From: an uncultured Holophagales bacterium
Lineage (GTDB): Bacteria > Acidobacteriota > Thermoanaerobaculia > Multivoradales > UBA5704
Length of the DNA stretch: 64,000 nucleotides
NCBI GenBank assembly: GCA_963741305.1
Contig: CAVUHL010000003.1
Location: forward strand, 1,434,260 to 1,498,259
Direction of reading: 5' to 3'
Of this stretch, positions 1-9,623 are shown one piece after another. Numbering within the stretch: the stretch's first letter is position 1; the number at the start of each line of letters is the position of its first letter. Both the position numbers and the translations under genes were made by a program. Under the pieces are notes generated by a model that had not been told where the DNA came from, searched no databases, and saw nothing but the letters and a program-made list of their open reading frames with translations.

Positions 1-200
1 TTAGAAGAAGTAATCTCTGGTGCGACGATTTTGCAGATATCGATGGCCACTCCAAGATTCTCCGTTCCGGTCGCTTTGGAGTTGGGGCACTCGCAAGCTT
101 CCTGCTGGGAGACGAAATTGAGGTTTCTACGCGACATATTACGGCCCGACCCGATCACGGACTTTTCTTTACCGCAAGACTAGACACGCATGCGATCGAA

Positions 201-1571
201 ATGCGGTACACGAATCGCCCGGTCGGCACAACGGTCCGGGTTAGAGTAACTGATGCTGTCGCGCGCGAACTGATTAAGAAGCCCGAAGCCTGGGACTGGT
301 ATTGCTTGGGCCACCCCAGGGTTGTCCGCCTCGTCGGAATCGAAGCGGCCGAGATTAAACAAAAAGTTTTTTTCGAAAAACCTGGACAAGAGCTTTCCGC
401 TGGATGGCGTCGTGCGCATGACGCTCGATTTGAAGATATTCACTGGACCTTTGACGACGACTACCCTTATAGCCTTCCTTGCCTAACCTGCAACGGCATT
501 ATCATTCAGAAGAATTGGGCTAAGGTACCTCAGGCCCGTTGGCAGGGGATGAATAAGATCCCGATGTCATTCCCCTGTGTCTCTGTTTTTGACCGAGATA
601 TGTTGATGCCGCTTAGCCTTACCAGGGACGGACTGGACGGCGACTCATACCCCTTCGCCGATGCCTTGTTGAAATCAGTCATGATCGACATCATCTCATT
701 TTTATTGGCCGACCCGCAGATTACTATCGGACATCCAGATGAATACTACTATCCGTATCCTAAACGTAATTCTTCGCCGTCACCGAATTCTCTGAGGAAT
801 AGTAAAAGCCATTTTTTTTCGACGAATATGGGATTTGCGCCTGTCACTCCAAGCCTTCTTCGCCAAGCGGGTGCAGGTGTTATTCGCTTATTATTCGGCG
901 GGGGATTCTACCCTCAGGCAATGTGTGCAAAATTGAATATGTCCCCCGGGGAGATTCCAATGCTCCACTGGTGCGCAAACTGGAGTCCACTCGACCCCGA
1001 GTCAAGCAATGATGATGATGACAAGGACACGCCTTTGAGGCAAATGCTGTGCACCATAGCGGCATCATTGGGGCTCCAGATAGCAAGCAGCAATTACGGC
1101 AGCTTTTTTGGCTGCCGATACAATGGCATGAGAATTCTTTCTAGTGAAGCGACTACTCCTCTCATGCCAGATTGGCTGAATCGTCTACCAGAAATCGCTG
1201 TTCGACGCGAACGCGCACAAGAGCGATTTGATGTCTTTGCCGTCGGAGACTGCCCTTCGACATTCACCGATTGGAACTCAATCGTCTCCGTCTTGGCTGG
1301 GGACAGCGATCTGAGATTGCTATGGGGAAGGCCGTTTGATGATGGCGTCTGCAATAGGGAGGGCCAGCAATTTTGCGTGGTAATTGAGCTTTACCTCGAT
1401 GAGTCAACCCCCCTTGAAGAGGATAGATTCAGCGAGCTTTGGCTAGAAATTTTGGGGGTTCCCCTGGTGCCGTTTGATGAAAATCAGCGTCGAACACGGC
1501 TAGACGAAGTTCTCAGTCGACTGCGAGGGTGTGACGTCGCCAATCGGAATAATGCACGTGCCTCCGAATAA
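201..1571 (+). CDS. hypothetical protein (456 aa) in low-GC accessory segment
   Basis: Long ORF with no antisense competitor; GC clearly lower than rest of window (about 50%); no domain I can recognise; adjacent to transposase. Confidence 0.5.
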   Translation: MRYTNRPVGTTVRVRVTDAVARELIKKPEAWDWYCLGHPRVVRLVGIEAAEIKQKVFFEKPGQELSAGWRRAHDARFEDIHWTFDDDYPYSLPCLTCNGIIIQKNWAKVPQARWQGMNKIPMSFPCVSVFDRDMLMPLSLTRDGLDGDSYPFADALLKSVMIDIISFLLADPQITIGHPDEYYYPYPKRNSSPSPNSLRNSKSHFFSTNMGFAPVTPSLLRQAGAGVIRLLFGGGFYPQAMCAKLNMSPGEIPMLHWCANWSPLDPESSNDDDDKDTPLRQMLCTIAASLGLQIASSNYGSFFGCRYNGMRILSSEATTPLMPDWLNRLPEIAVRRERAQERFDVFAVGDCPSTFTDWNSIVSVLAGDSDLRLLWGRPFDDGVCNREGQQFCVVIELYLDESTPLEEDRFSELWLEILGVPLVPFDENQRRTRLDEVLSRLRGCDVANRNNARASE

Positions 1572-1576
1572 GTTCC

Positions 1577-2410
1577 CCGAATACGTTCCGCTTCCGAATA
1601 CGTTCCAGGGGAGTGTAGCGGGAATGTAGAAGAGAACCAGGAAAATCAATCCCACACGTAGTCATGCGCGGTCCTGCTGCGTTTTTCTGGCGGCGTTTTG
1701 GGGCGCTCGGCGCGTAGATTCACCCTGAACGTGGACTCCCATACAAGTTTTTCGAGCTCATTCTCGGCACTTGGACGTAACCTCTCCCTTCCTGGAGTCG
1801 TCCAGCCCTCAAAAGCCTTGACCAGAATCGCTCGGTGACGCCGATCACCGCCTGCTGCGGTGCGGTCGCTCACGCACGGACGAATGGCAGGCCCGGCGGA
1901 AAGCAGCCGTTAGGAAATCTCGCCGTGCGATCGCCGGCTTTGAGCCTCTCCGCGGCTTCACGGAAGGCCGCAAGGAAGAGGCCGTAGGCCTTCAGCCCGA
2001 ATACGTTCCAGGGGAGTGTAGAAGGAATGTAGAAGAGAAACCAGGAAATCAATCCCACACGTAGTCATGCGCGGTTCTGCTGCGCCTTTCAGGCGGCGTT
2101 TTGGGGCACTCGGCACGTAGATTCGCCCTGCACGTGGACTCCCATCCAAGTTTTTGGAGCTCTTTCTCAGCATTCGGACGTACCTCTCCCTCCTGGAGTC
2201 GTCCAGCCCTCGAAAACCTTGATGAGTATCGCTCGGCGACGGCGATCACGGCCTGCTGCGGTGCAGTCGCTCACACACGGACGAAGGGCAGACCCGGCGG
2301 AAAGCAGCCGTTGGGGAATCTCGCAGTGCGATCGCCGGCCTTGAGCCTCTCCGCGGCTTCACGGAAGGCCGCAAGGAAGAGGCCGTAGGCCTTTCGAAAG
2401 GCCTCGCGGG
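1577..2410. repeat. tandem direct duplication, two units of about 415 bp, including the 3' end of the transposase gene
   Basis: Sequence ccgaatacgttccaggggagtgtag...gaatgtagaagagaaccagg at 1578 recurs at 1997; ORF pairs 1646-1873/2049-2249 and 1870-2058/2271-2388 encode near-identical peptides (KAYGLFLAAFREAAERLKAGDRTARFPNGCFPPGLPFVR). Confidence 0.85.
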
Positions 2411-3191
2411 CTGCCTTGCTGGCTGCATGGAAGCGCGGAGCGGGTGACTTCTTCGTCTTGTTGGGACAGGTATGCGGGTGTTGGCGCAGGATGGCCGTCG
2501 TGCCGAGTGGCTCACGGCCTGTGCGCTTCCGTTCCGCCGCGGCATCGGCATCGATCTCGTTCACCAGCCCTGCAACCAGCTCCCGGTACACCTCCGGGCT
2601 GAGGTGACGCCAGCAAGGGAGCTGCGAGAGCACGACGGTCTCCTCCGTCGCATAGCGCCGAGGCTCGAAGTCCTCTCCCCGAAGCCGGGCCCGGTATTCT
2701 GCGGTCCGGTTGAACCAGGTGCCGCGAACGGGCTCGCCGCTGAGCACGGACTTCACCAAGCTGATGCCCGGCCAGTCCTCGACTCGGGCCACCAGCCCTT
2801 CCTTGACCCCGTTGGCCAGCACATAGCGCAGGCGGTCGACCTGCGCCGCGGGCTCGTCGCTGATCACGATCGCCTCGTAGCGCCGCGACCAGATCTTGTC
2901 CCGCCACTTCCTCAGACGGGCGACCTCGCGGGCCACGTTGGTCTGGAAGTAGCCCATGAAGTCGGCCATGCGCTCGGCGTCCGGAACCCGGATCAGGAGA
3001 TGGTAGTGGTTCGAGGCGACAAAGAAGGCCGAGATCTCGACCGGGTGGAGCCGCTGAGCCTGGCCGAGGACGCCGAGCAGGATCTCATTCAGCACTGGGT
3101 CGGGCCGGAGAAGGTAACGGCTCTGGATGGTGCGGCAGGTGATGTCGACGAGGGAGCCTTCTTCTGGGATGAAGCGGGGTGGTCTTGACAT
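2271..3191 (-). CDS. IS200/IS605-family Y1 (HUH) transposase, long RAYT-like form
   Basis: 306 aa; HYHLL (HuH) motif, conserved Y-containing C-terminal region; size and architecture of REP-associated tyrosine transposases; low-GC context. Confidence 0.7.
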   Translation of the reverse strand: MSRPPRFIPEEGSLVDITCRTIQSRYLLRPDPVLNEILLGVLGQAQRLHPVEISAFFVASNHYHLLIRVPDAERMADFMGYFQTNVAREVARLRKWRDKIWSRRYEAIVISDEPAAQVDRLRYVLANGVKEGLVARVEDWPGISLVKSVLSGEPVRGTWFNRTAEYRARLRGEDFEPRRYATEETVVLSQLPCWRHLSPEVYRELVAGLVNEIDADAAAERKRTGREPLGTTAILRQHPHTCPNKTKKSPAPRFHAASKAAREAFRKAYGLFLAAFREAAERLKAGDRTARFPNGCFPPGLPFVRV

Positions 3192-3493
3192 GATGCCCGG
3201 GTAGAGACGGAAAACGGGTCCAAAATGTCATTCCTGGAAATTCTTCAGGATACATCTGACCTGATGAAAGATTGGCCGGAGCTTTGACAGCGCTGGTTTT
3301 CCGCCAGCAGGGCCAGGAGTGGACCGCTGTCAAGGTTCCCTAGACCCGGTTGCGCACGGTAGAATCAGCCGGCAGACCGGAGGGCGACCCGATTCCCTCC
3401 CAACGAAGAAAAGCGTAAACTAGACGTTAGGCTGAAGCTGGTCTTGTTTCGGGTGCCCGCTCGTTGTCGCGCCCCCACGGAGATTTTCCCATC

Positions 3494-4618
3494 ATGAAGA
3501 AACGGATGTTCTTGATGCTGTTGGCCACGGCCATCTTCATTGCCGCCATTGGCGTGGTGAAGATGCGCCAGATCAAGACGGCCAGCGCGCAGGGGGCTTC
3601 GTTCCAGCCGCCCCCTGAAGCCGTGACCACGGTCGTCGCCAAGCAGGATGTCTGGCCGGCGACGCTGCGCTCCATCGGCACCGTGGTCGCCTCCCAGGGA
3701 GTCATGGTCAGCGCCGACACGCCCGGCATCGTCGAGAGGATTTCGTTCACCTCCGGTAGGGCGGTGCGCGCCGGCGAGGTGCTGGTCGTGCTCGACACCA
3801 GCCAGGAGCGGGCGCAGCTCACCGCCGCCGAATCGCAGCGCGACCTCGCCAAGCTGAACCTCGACCGCATGCGCGACCTGTCGGAGAAAGGGATCATCTC
3901 GCGCTCGGAGTACGACCGGGCCGCCGCCGAGTCCGCCCAGGGCGTAGCCCGGGTGGGCGAGATCCGCGCCACGATCGACCGCAAAGTCATCCGGGCGCCG
4001 TTCTCCGGCGTCCTGGGCATCCGCAAGGTCAACCTCGGCCAATATCTGGCGGGCGGCGACCCGGTCGTCTCCCTTCAGTCCCTGCGCCCGGTCTTCGTGA
4101 ACTTCTCCGTGCCGCAGCAGGCCGTGGGCCGGCTGCAGATGGGCACCGAAGTGAGCGTGACCGCCGAGGGCCAGCCTCTCCTGGAGTCGGGGAAGATCAC
4201 CGCCGTCGACGCCGTCGTCGACGAGGCCACCCGCAACATCCAGGTCCAGGCCACGTTCGCGAACCAGGACGGGCGGCTGCGTCCGGGCATGTTCGTAGAG
4301 GTGCAGGCCAGCCAGGGCGAGAGCACTCCGGTGATCGCGCTGCCGGCTTCCGCGATCAGCTACTCGCCCTACGGCGACTCGGTCTTCATCGTCGAAAACG
4401 TCAAGGGGCCGGACGGCAAGAGCTTCCGCGGCGTCCGCCAGCAGTTCGTCAAGCTGGGCGGCGCGCGCGGCGATCAGGTCGCGGTGGTCACGGGGGTCAA
4501 GCCCGGTGAAGAGGTGGTCAGCTCGGGCGTGTTCAAGCTCAGGAACAACGCCCCCGTCCAGGTCAACAACAAGATCCAGCCAGCGAACAGCGCCACGCCC
4601 CGGCCGGAGGACAGTTAA
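3494..4618 (+). CDS. efflux RND transporter periplasmic adaptor subunit (HlyD/AcrA family membrane fusion protein)
   Basis: N-terminal TM anchor, coiled-coil and beta-barrel regions typical of MFP; stop TAA immediately followed by GTG start of RND pump. Confidence 0.85.
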   Translation: MKKRMFLMLLATAIFIAAIGVVKMRQIKTASAQGASFQPPPEAVTTVVAKQDVWPATLRSIGTVVASQGVMVSADTPGIVERISFTSGRAVRAGEVLVVLDTSQERAQLTAAESQRDLAKLNLDRMRDLSEKGIISRSEYDRAAAESAQGVARVGEIRATIDRKVIRAPFSGVLGIRKVNLGQYLAGGDPVVSLQSLRPVFVNFSVPQQAVGRLQMGTEVSVTAEGQPLLESGKITAVDAVVDEATRNIQVQATFANQDGRLRPGMFVEVQASQGESTPVIALPASAISYSPYGDSVFIVENVKGPDGKSFRGVRQQFVKLGGARGDQVAVVTGVKPGEEVVSSGVFKLRNNAPVQVNNKIQPANSATPRPEDS

Positions 4619-7600
4619 GTGAAAATCACTGACATCTTCATCCGCCGGCCCGTGCTGGCGGTGGTCGTCAACCTGATCATCCTGATCGGCGGCCTGCAAT
4701 CCGTCCGCTCGCTCAGCATCCGCCAGTACCCGCGCAGCGACGTCGCGGTGATCAACGTGACCACTGCCTATGTCGGAGCCAACGCCGACCTCGTGCGCGG
4801 CTTCATCACCACGCCGCTCGAGCGGGTGATCGCGAGCGCCGACGGCATCGACTTCGTGGAGTCCTCGAGCGCCCAGAGCCTGAGCACGATCACGGTCCAC
4901 CTGAAGCTCAACTACGACACCAACGCCGCCCTCACCCAAATCCAGTCCAAGGTGGCGCAGGTGCGCAACACGCTGCCGCCGGAGGCGGAAGCGCCGGTCA
5001 TCAACCTCGCGACGGCGGACAGCGACTTCGCGGCCATGTACATCGGCTTCTCGTCGCCCGACCTCGATGCGAACCAGGTCACCGACTACCTCACGCGCGT
5101 GGTGCAGCCCAAGCTCACCGCGATCAGCGGGGTGCAGCGCGCCGACATCTTCCCCGAGCGCGCATTCGCCATGCGGATCTGGCTCAAGCCCGAGCAGATG
5201 GCCGCTCACGGCATCGCGCCTTCCGCGGTGCGCGACGTGCTGGCGTCGAACAACTACCTCTCCGCCCTTGGCAGCACCAGGGGGTCGATGGTCTCGGTCA
5301 ACCTGACCGCCAACACCGACCTGCAGACGGTGGAGGAGTTCCGCCAGCTCGTGGTCAAGGAAGAGGACGGCGTGGTCGTCCGGCTCGGCCAGATCGCGGA
5401 CGTGGTGCTCGGTGCCGAGAGTTACGACACGGACGTCCGCTTCAACGGCGAGAACGCCACCTTCATGGGCCTCTGGGTGCTGCCCACGGCCAACACCCTG
5501 GACGTGATGGACCGGGTGCACGCGGCCATCCCTGAAATCGAGGCGCAGCTCCCGGCAGGGATGAAGGTCGGCGTCCCCTACGACTCGACGGTGTACATCC
5601 GGGATTCCATCCGCGAAGTCCTGAAGACGCTCACGGAGACGCTGCTCATCGTCATCGTGGTCATCTTCCTCTTCCTGGGCTCGGTGCGCTCGGTGATCAT
5701 CCCGGTGGTGGCCATCCCGATTTCGCTCGTCGGCGCGATCTTCCTCATGCAGACCGCGGGCTTCACGATCAACCTCCTGACCCTCCTTGCCATCGTGCTC
5801 TCGGTCGGCCTGGTCGTGGACGATGCGATCGTGATGGTGGAGAACGTCGAGCGCCACCTGCACGAGGGCAAGAGCCCGTTCCAGGCTGCGATCGATGCGG
5901 CGCGCGAGCTGGTGGGCCCGATCATCGCCATGACGATCACGCTCGCGGCGGTCTACACGCCGGTGGCGATCCAGGGCGGCCTGACCGGCTCGCTCTTCCG
6001 CGAGTTCGCCTTCACGCTCGCCGGCGCGGTTCTCGTCTCCGGCGTGGTGGCGCTGACCCTCTCGCCGATGATGAGCTCGAAGCTGCTGCGCGAGGGTGAC
6101 ACCGAGCGCGGCTTCGCTGGCTTCGTCAACCGGCGGTTCGAGACCGTGCGCAACGTCTACTCGCGCATCCTGGAAGGGACGCTGGCCTACCGGCCGGTCG
6201 TGATCACGCTATGGGTGATCGTCCTGCTGATGATCGTGCCGCTCTACATGTTCTCGCAGAAGGAGCTGGCTCCGGCCGAGGATCAGGGCATCGTCTTCGG
6301 GTTCATCCAGGCTTCCGCGAACTCGACGATCGACCAGACGCGGCTCTTCACGGACGAGATCTACAAGGTCTTCCACTCGTTCCCGGAGACGGACGCCTCC
6401 TTCCTGATCACCTTCCCGACGGGCGGGTTCGCGGGCATGACCATCAAGCCTTGGAGCGAGCGCGAGAAGAGCAGCGCGGAGCTTCAGATGGCAGTGGGGG
6501 CGGAGCTGTCGAAGATCGCGGGCGTGCGGGTCATCCCGATCACGCCGCCTGCCCTCCCGGGCGGGGGAGGAGGGATGCCGGTCGACTTCGTGATCGCCTC
6601 GACGGCCGAGCCCCAGCAGCTCATCGAGATCGGTAATCAATTCGTGCAGAAGGCTTTCGCGAGCGGCAAGTTCATGTTCGCGGACGCCGACCTGAAGTTC
6701 GACCAGCCGCAGACGGAAGTGGTCTTCGATCACGACAAGCTGCGCTCGCAGGGAGTCGACCTGGCGCAGGCCGGCCGCGACCTCTCGGCGCTCCTGGGCG
6801 GCAACTACGTGAACCGCTTCAGCATCCAGGGCCGGAGCTACAAGGTCATCCCGCAGCTCAAGCGCAGCGAGCGCCTGACGGCGGACCAACTGTCCGACAT
6901 CTACGTCACGGGGCCGGAGGGGAGGCTGGTGCCGCTCTCGACCTTCGCGACGCTGAGGACCACGACCGAGCCGCGCGAGGTGAAGCGGTTCCAGCAGCTC
7001 AACGCGGTGCGCATCCAGGGTGTGCCGATGGTCCCGCTCGACGAGGCGCTGACCTTCCTGGAGGACGAGGCGAAGCGCAGCCTGCCCCAGGGTTTCACCT
7101 ACGATTACGCTGGCGAGTCGCGGCAGCTCCGCACCGAGGGCGGCAAGTTCCTGGGCACGTTCCTGCTGTCTGCAATCCTGATCTACCTGGTGCTCGCGGC
7201 GCAGTTCGAGAGCTTCCGCGATCCGTTCATCATCCTGGCCGGCTCGGTGCCGCTGGCGCTGGCCGGAGCGCTGGTCTTCTCCTTCCTGGGCTTCACGACG
7301 CTCAACGTCTACAGCCAGGTGGGGCTGATCACCCTGGTCGGCCTGGTGGCGAAGAACGGCATCCTCATCGTCCAGTTCGCGAACGAGCTGCAGCAGACGG
7401 GGATGGACAAGATCCGCTCGGTCATGGAGGCGTCGTCGACCCGTCTGCGCCCGATCCTGATGACCACCGCGGCCACGGTGATGGGCCACATGCCGCTGAT
7501 CTTCGCGAAGGGGCCGGGAGCCGGCGCGCGCAACAGCATCGGTATCATGCTGGTTAGCGGCATGATCATCGGCACGGTCTTCACGCTCTTCGTGGTGCCC

Positions 7601-7684
7601 TCGATCTACGTGCTCGTGGCGCGGACGCACCGGCCCGAGCAGGTCGAAGGGGAGGTAGGGGAGGGCGAGGCGGTCCCGGCTTAG
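4619..7684 (+). CDS. efflux RND transporter permease subunit (AcrB/HAE1 family)
   Basis: 1021 aa, N-terminus MKITDIFIRRPVLAVVVNLIILIGG..., 12-TM/two large periplasmic loops pattern characteristic of AcrB family. Confidence 0.9.
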   Translation: MKITDIFIRRPVLAVVVNLIILIGGLQSVRSLSIRQYPRSDVAVINVTTAYVGANADLVRGFITTPLERVIASADGIDFVESSSAQSLSTITVHLKLNYDTNAALTQIQSKVAQVRNTLPPEAEAPVINLATADSDFAAMYIGFSSPDLDANQVTDYLTRVVQPKLTAISGVQRADIFPERAFAMRIWLKPEQMAAHGIAPSAVRDVLASNNYLSALGSTRGSMVSVNLTANTDLQTVEEFRQLVVKEEDGVVVRLGQIADVVLGAESYDTDVRFNGENATFMGLWVLPTANTLDVMDRVHAAIPEIEAQLPAGMKVGVPYDSTVYIRDSIREVLKTLTETLLIVIVVIFLFLGSVRSVIIPVVAIPISLVGAIFLMQTAGFTINLLTLLAIVLSVGLVVDDAIVMVENVERHLHEGKSPFQAAIDAARELVGPIIAMTITLAAVYTPVAIQGGLTGSLFREFAFTLAGAVLVSGVVALTLSPMMSSKLLREGDTERGFAGFVNRRFETVRNVYSRILEGTLAYRPVVITLWVIVLLMIVPLYMFSQKELAPAEDQGIVFGFIQASANSTIDQTRLFTDEIYKVFHSFPETDASFLITFPTGGFAGMTIKPWSEREKSSAELQMAVGAELSKIAGVRVIPITPPALPGGGGGMPVDFVIASTAEPQQLIEIGNQFVQKAFASGKFMFADADLKFDQPQTEVVFDHDKLRSQGVDLAQAGRDLSALLGGNYVNRFSIQGRSYKVIPQLKRSERLTADQLSDIYVTGPEGRLVPLSTFATLRTTTEPREVKRFQQLNAVRIQGVPMVPLDEALTFLEDEAKRSLPQGFTYDYAGESRQLRTEGGKFLGTFLLSAILIYLVLAAQFESFRDPFIILAGSVPLALAGALVFSFLGFTTLNVYSQVGLITLVGLVAKNGILIVQFANELQQTGMDKIRSVMEASSTRLRPILMTTAATVMGHMPLIFAKGPGAGARNSIGIMLVSGMIIGTVFTLFVVPSIYVLVARTHRPEQVEGEVGEGEAVPA

Positions 7685-9534
7685 GTCTGGCCGAGCAGCT
7701 CACGAAGGATCCGTCCGCGCCGCTCGTCCAGCATCATGCGGCGGCAGCGGTCCCCCGTGTCCCAGGCCTCTTCCCGCTTGGCCAGGGCGATCTGGACCCG
7801 CACCAGATCAAGGCAGGCATTGGGCAATGCCGGCATTTCCTCCAGGGCATCCTGGAGGAAAGCCTCGGCGTCCGGCAGGTTGTTGCGGGCGATCTCCCGC
7901 CGTGCCAAGGCCAGCGAGCGGTGAGCCGACGGCCGGGTTGCCGTCATCGGCTGCGGAGGGCGGACATCCGAGCGCGCCAGCAGCACCGAGACGGAGTCGC
8001 CGTAGAGGAAGCGCCACCGGCCCGAGCCCAGCAACGTGGAGATGAGCCTGCGCCAGTTCTCCTGGTCGTGGGGCCACAGGACGTAGTCCGCCCCCGCCGC
8101 GTCGATCACGCCTTCCCATCCCGGCCGCAGCCCGTGGACCTGCATGTAGCTCATCTGGGTCTGCGGCGTGAACACCGTCTCGGAGCGTGGGTCGATGTAG
8201 ACCTGAAGACGGCCCTCCGTGCGGTAGTCGACGTAGCCGGCCCAGAGGAAGTAGGAGAAGACCCGTCCCTCGAGCCGGTTCACCTCCGTGAAGTTGAGCA
8301 CCTCCACCGGGATGTTCTCCATGCGGACGAGGAGGGGAAAGGCACGGGGCGTGAGGGGATGGGGAGCCAGCCGGACGAGCCCGGCTGCCAGCGCGAGCAA
8401 CGGCACGGCGATCCGCAACCAGCGCCGCTCCGCAAGCCGGCGCAGGAGCGGCCACTGCAGAAGCCGGGCTCCGGCCAAGCCCAGGAGCAGGGTGTGCGAT
8501 ATGGCGAAGAGAGGGATGAACCGGCGGCTCTGGAGCGACATGGCCAGGGTCAGCGCTCCCAGGGCAAGGCTCAGCCAGGCGGTCCGCTGTGGCGGCTTCC
8601 GAAACAGGACCAGGGCCGAGACGGCGAAGAGCCCGATGGCCAGGGGGTACAGGGGTGACTGGATACCGCCGGGCATGAACGGCGGCAGCCACTCCGTCAG
8701 GGTGGTCCGCGAAGGGGAGTCCGCTTCCAGGGCCAGCTTGAAGGGGTAGAGCAGGGCATCCAATCCGAAGGGGTTGACCAGGCAGGCCAGGAGGCAGGCG
8801 GCCCAGATCCCTGCGAGCTCCAGGAGATGGGTCCTCCTCGCCTGCTGCCCGGGCGGCCCGGGCTCCAAGTCGGGGCCGGGGCTTGGCAGGAGGGCGCAGC
8901 TCGCCAGGCCCAGGGTCAGCACCATCAGGCCGAACACCGCACCGCCGTGCAGGTTGATCCAGAGCAGGAAGAGCAGCGGCAGCGCGCGCGAAGGAGACCG
9001 GCGCAGGAGCATCTGCTGGAGGAGGACGGCATAGAAGAGGAGCGAATACAGGTGCGGCCGGGTGTCGAAGAAGGGGGCTGCGACCACGGCGGCGAACGCC
9101 GTCAGCAGGAAGCTGGTCGGGAAGCTGCCGGACAGCCGCGCCAGGATCCGGAACAGGAGCAGGAAGGTCGCGACGGTGAGCCCCCACTGCCAATAGACCA
9201 GGGAATCGACGCCGAACGCTTGCGCCCAGGAGTGATAGACGACGTCGGAGAGCCACTCGTGATTGTGCCAAGGCTGCCCCGCGGCGGTGAACGACCAGGA
9301 GTCCACGCTGGGGATGGCGCGGTCCGCCAGGATCAGGCGGCCCGCGGCCAGATGGAACCACAGGTCGCTGTTGAGCATGACCGTGAAGCCGGCCAGGCAC
9401 AGGGCCGCGATCCCTGCCGCCAGGTACCAGACCCAGGCCAGCGCCGGCGGAGGGAGCGTGGCCGAGACGGACGGGCGGCCTCCGGCCTGGATGTCAGGGC
9501 CTGCCTGCTTCCGCCGCTCCTTTCGTGGCTTCAC
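7681..9534 (-). CDS. polytopic membrane protein with C-terminal soluble/TPR-like region (possible glycosyltransferase-39/83-like)
   Basis: 617 aa; >10 predicted TM helices in N-terminal 400 aa, C-terminal helical repeat region; 4-nt convergent overlap with RND pump. Confidence 0.45.
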   Translation of the reverse strand: MKPRKERRKQAGPDIQAGGRPSVSATLPPPALAWVWYLAAGIAALCLAGFTVMLNSDLWFHLAAGRLILADRAIPSVDSWSFTAAGQPWHNHEWLSDVVYHSWAQAFGVDSLVYWQWGLTVATFLLLFRILARLSGSFPTSFLLTAFAAVVAAPFFDTRPHLYSLLFYAVLLQQMLLRRSPSRALPLLFLLWINLHGGAVFGLMVLTLGLASCALLPSPGPDLEPGPPGQQARRTHLLELAGIWAACLLACLVNPFGLDALLYPFKLALEADSPSRTTLTEWLPPFMPGGIQSPLYPLAIGLFAVSALVLFRKPPQRTAWLSLALGALTLAMSLQSRRFIPLFAISHTLLLGLAGARLLQWPLLRRLAERRWLRIAVPLLALAAGLVRLAPHPLTPRAFPLLVRMENIPVEVLNFTEVNRLEGRVFSYFLWAGYVDYRTEGRLQVYIDPRSETVFTPQTQMSYMQVHGLRPGWEGVIDAAGADYVLWPHDQENWRRLISTLLGSGRWRFLYGDSVSVLLARSDVRPPQPMTATRPSAHRSLALARREIARNNLPDAEAFLQDALEEMPALPNACLDLVRVQIALAKREEAWDTGDRCRRMMLDERRGRILRELLGQT

Positions 9535-9623
9535 TAGAGGCTATTTTAGCAAAATTCCAGTACGAAGAGCCGGCCTCGCCGTATCCTGCCCCGGCTTGTT
9601 TATAAGTTAAGATAGGGTCAGAA

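Noticed and set aside
1-138. 45-aa minus-strand ORF ending with a stop at positions 1-3
   Set aside because: Too short and without family signal or convincing RBS to support as a gene; may be coding in context but cannot be supported from this window.
3365-5863. 832-aa minus-strand ORF (and 3427-4032, 6209-7630) antisense to the RND adaptor/pump genes
   Set aside because: Composition dominated by R/D/H/G/A with no hydrophobic core pattern; classic GC-rich antisense open frame. The plus-strand genes have clear family signatures.
7808-9400. 530-aa and other ORFs (7921-8658, 8827-9537) overlapping the membrane/TPR gene
   Set aside because: Pro/Arg/Gly-rich low-complexity translations of alternative frames of a GC-rich gene; no start/RBS context.
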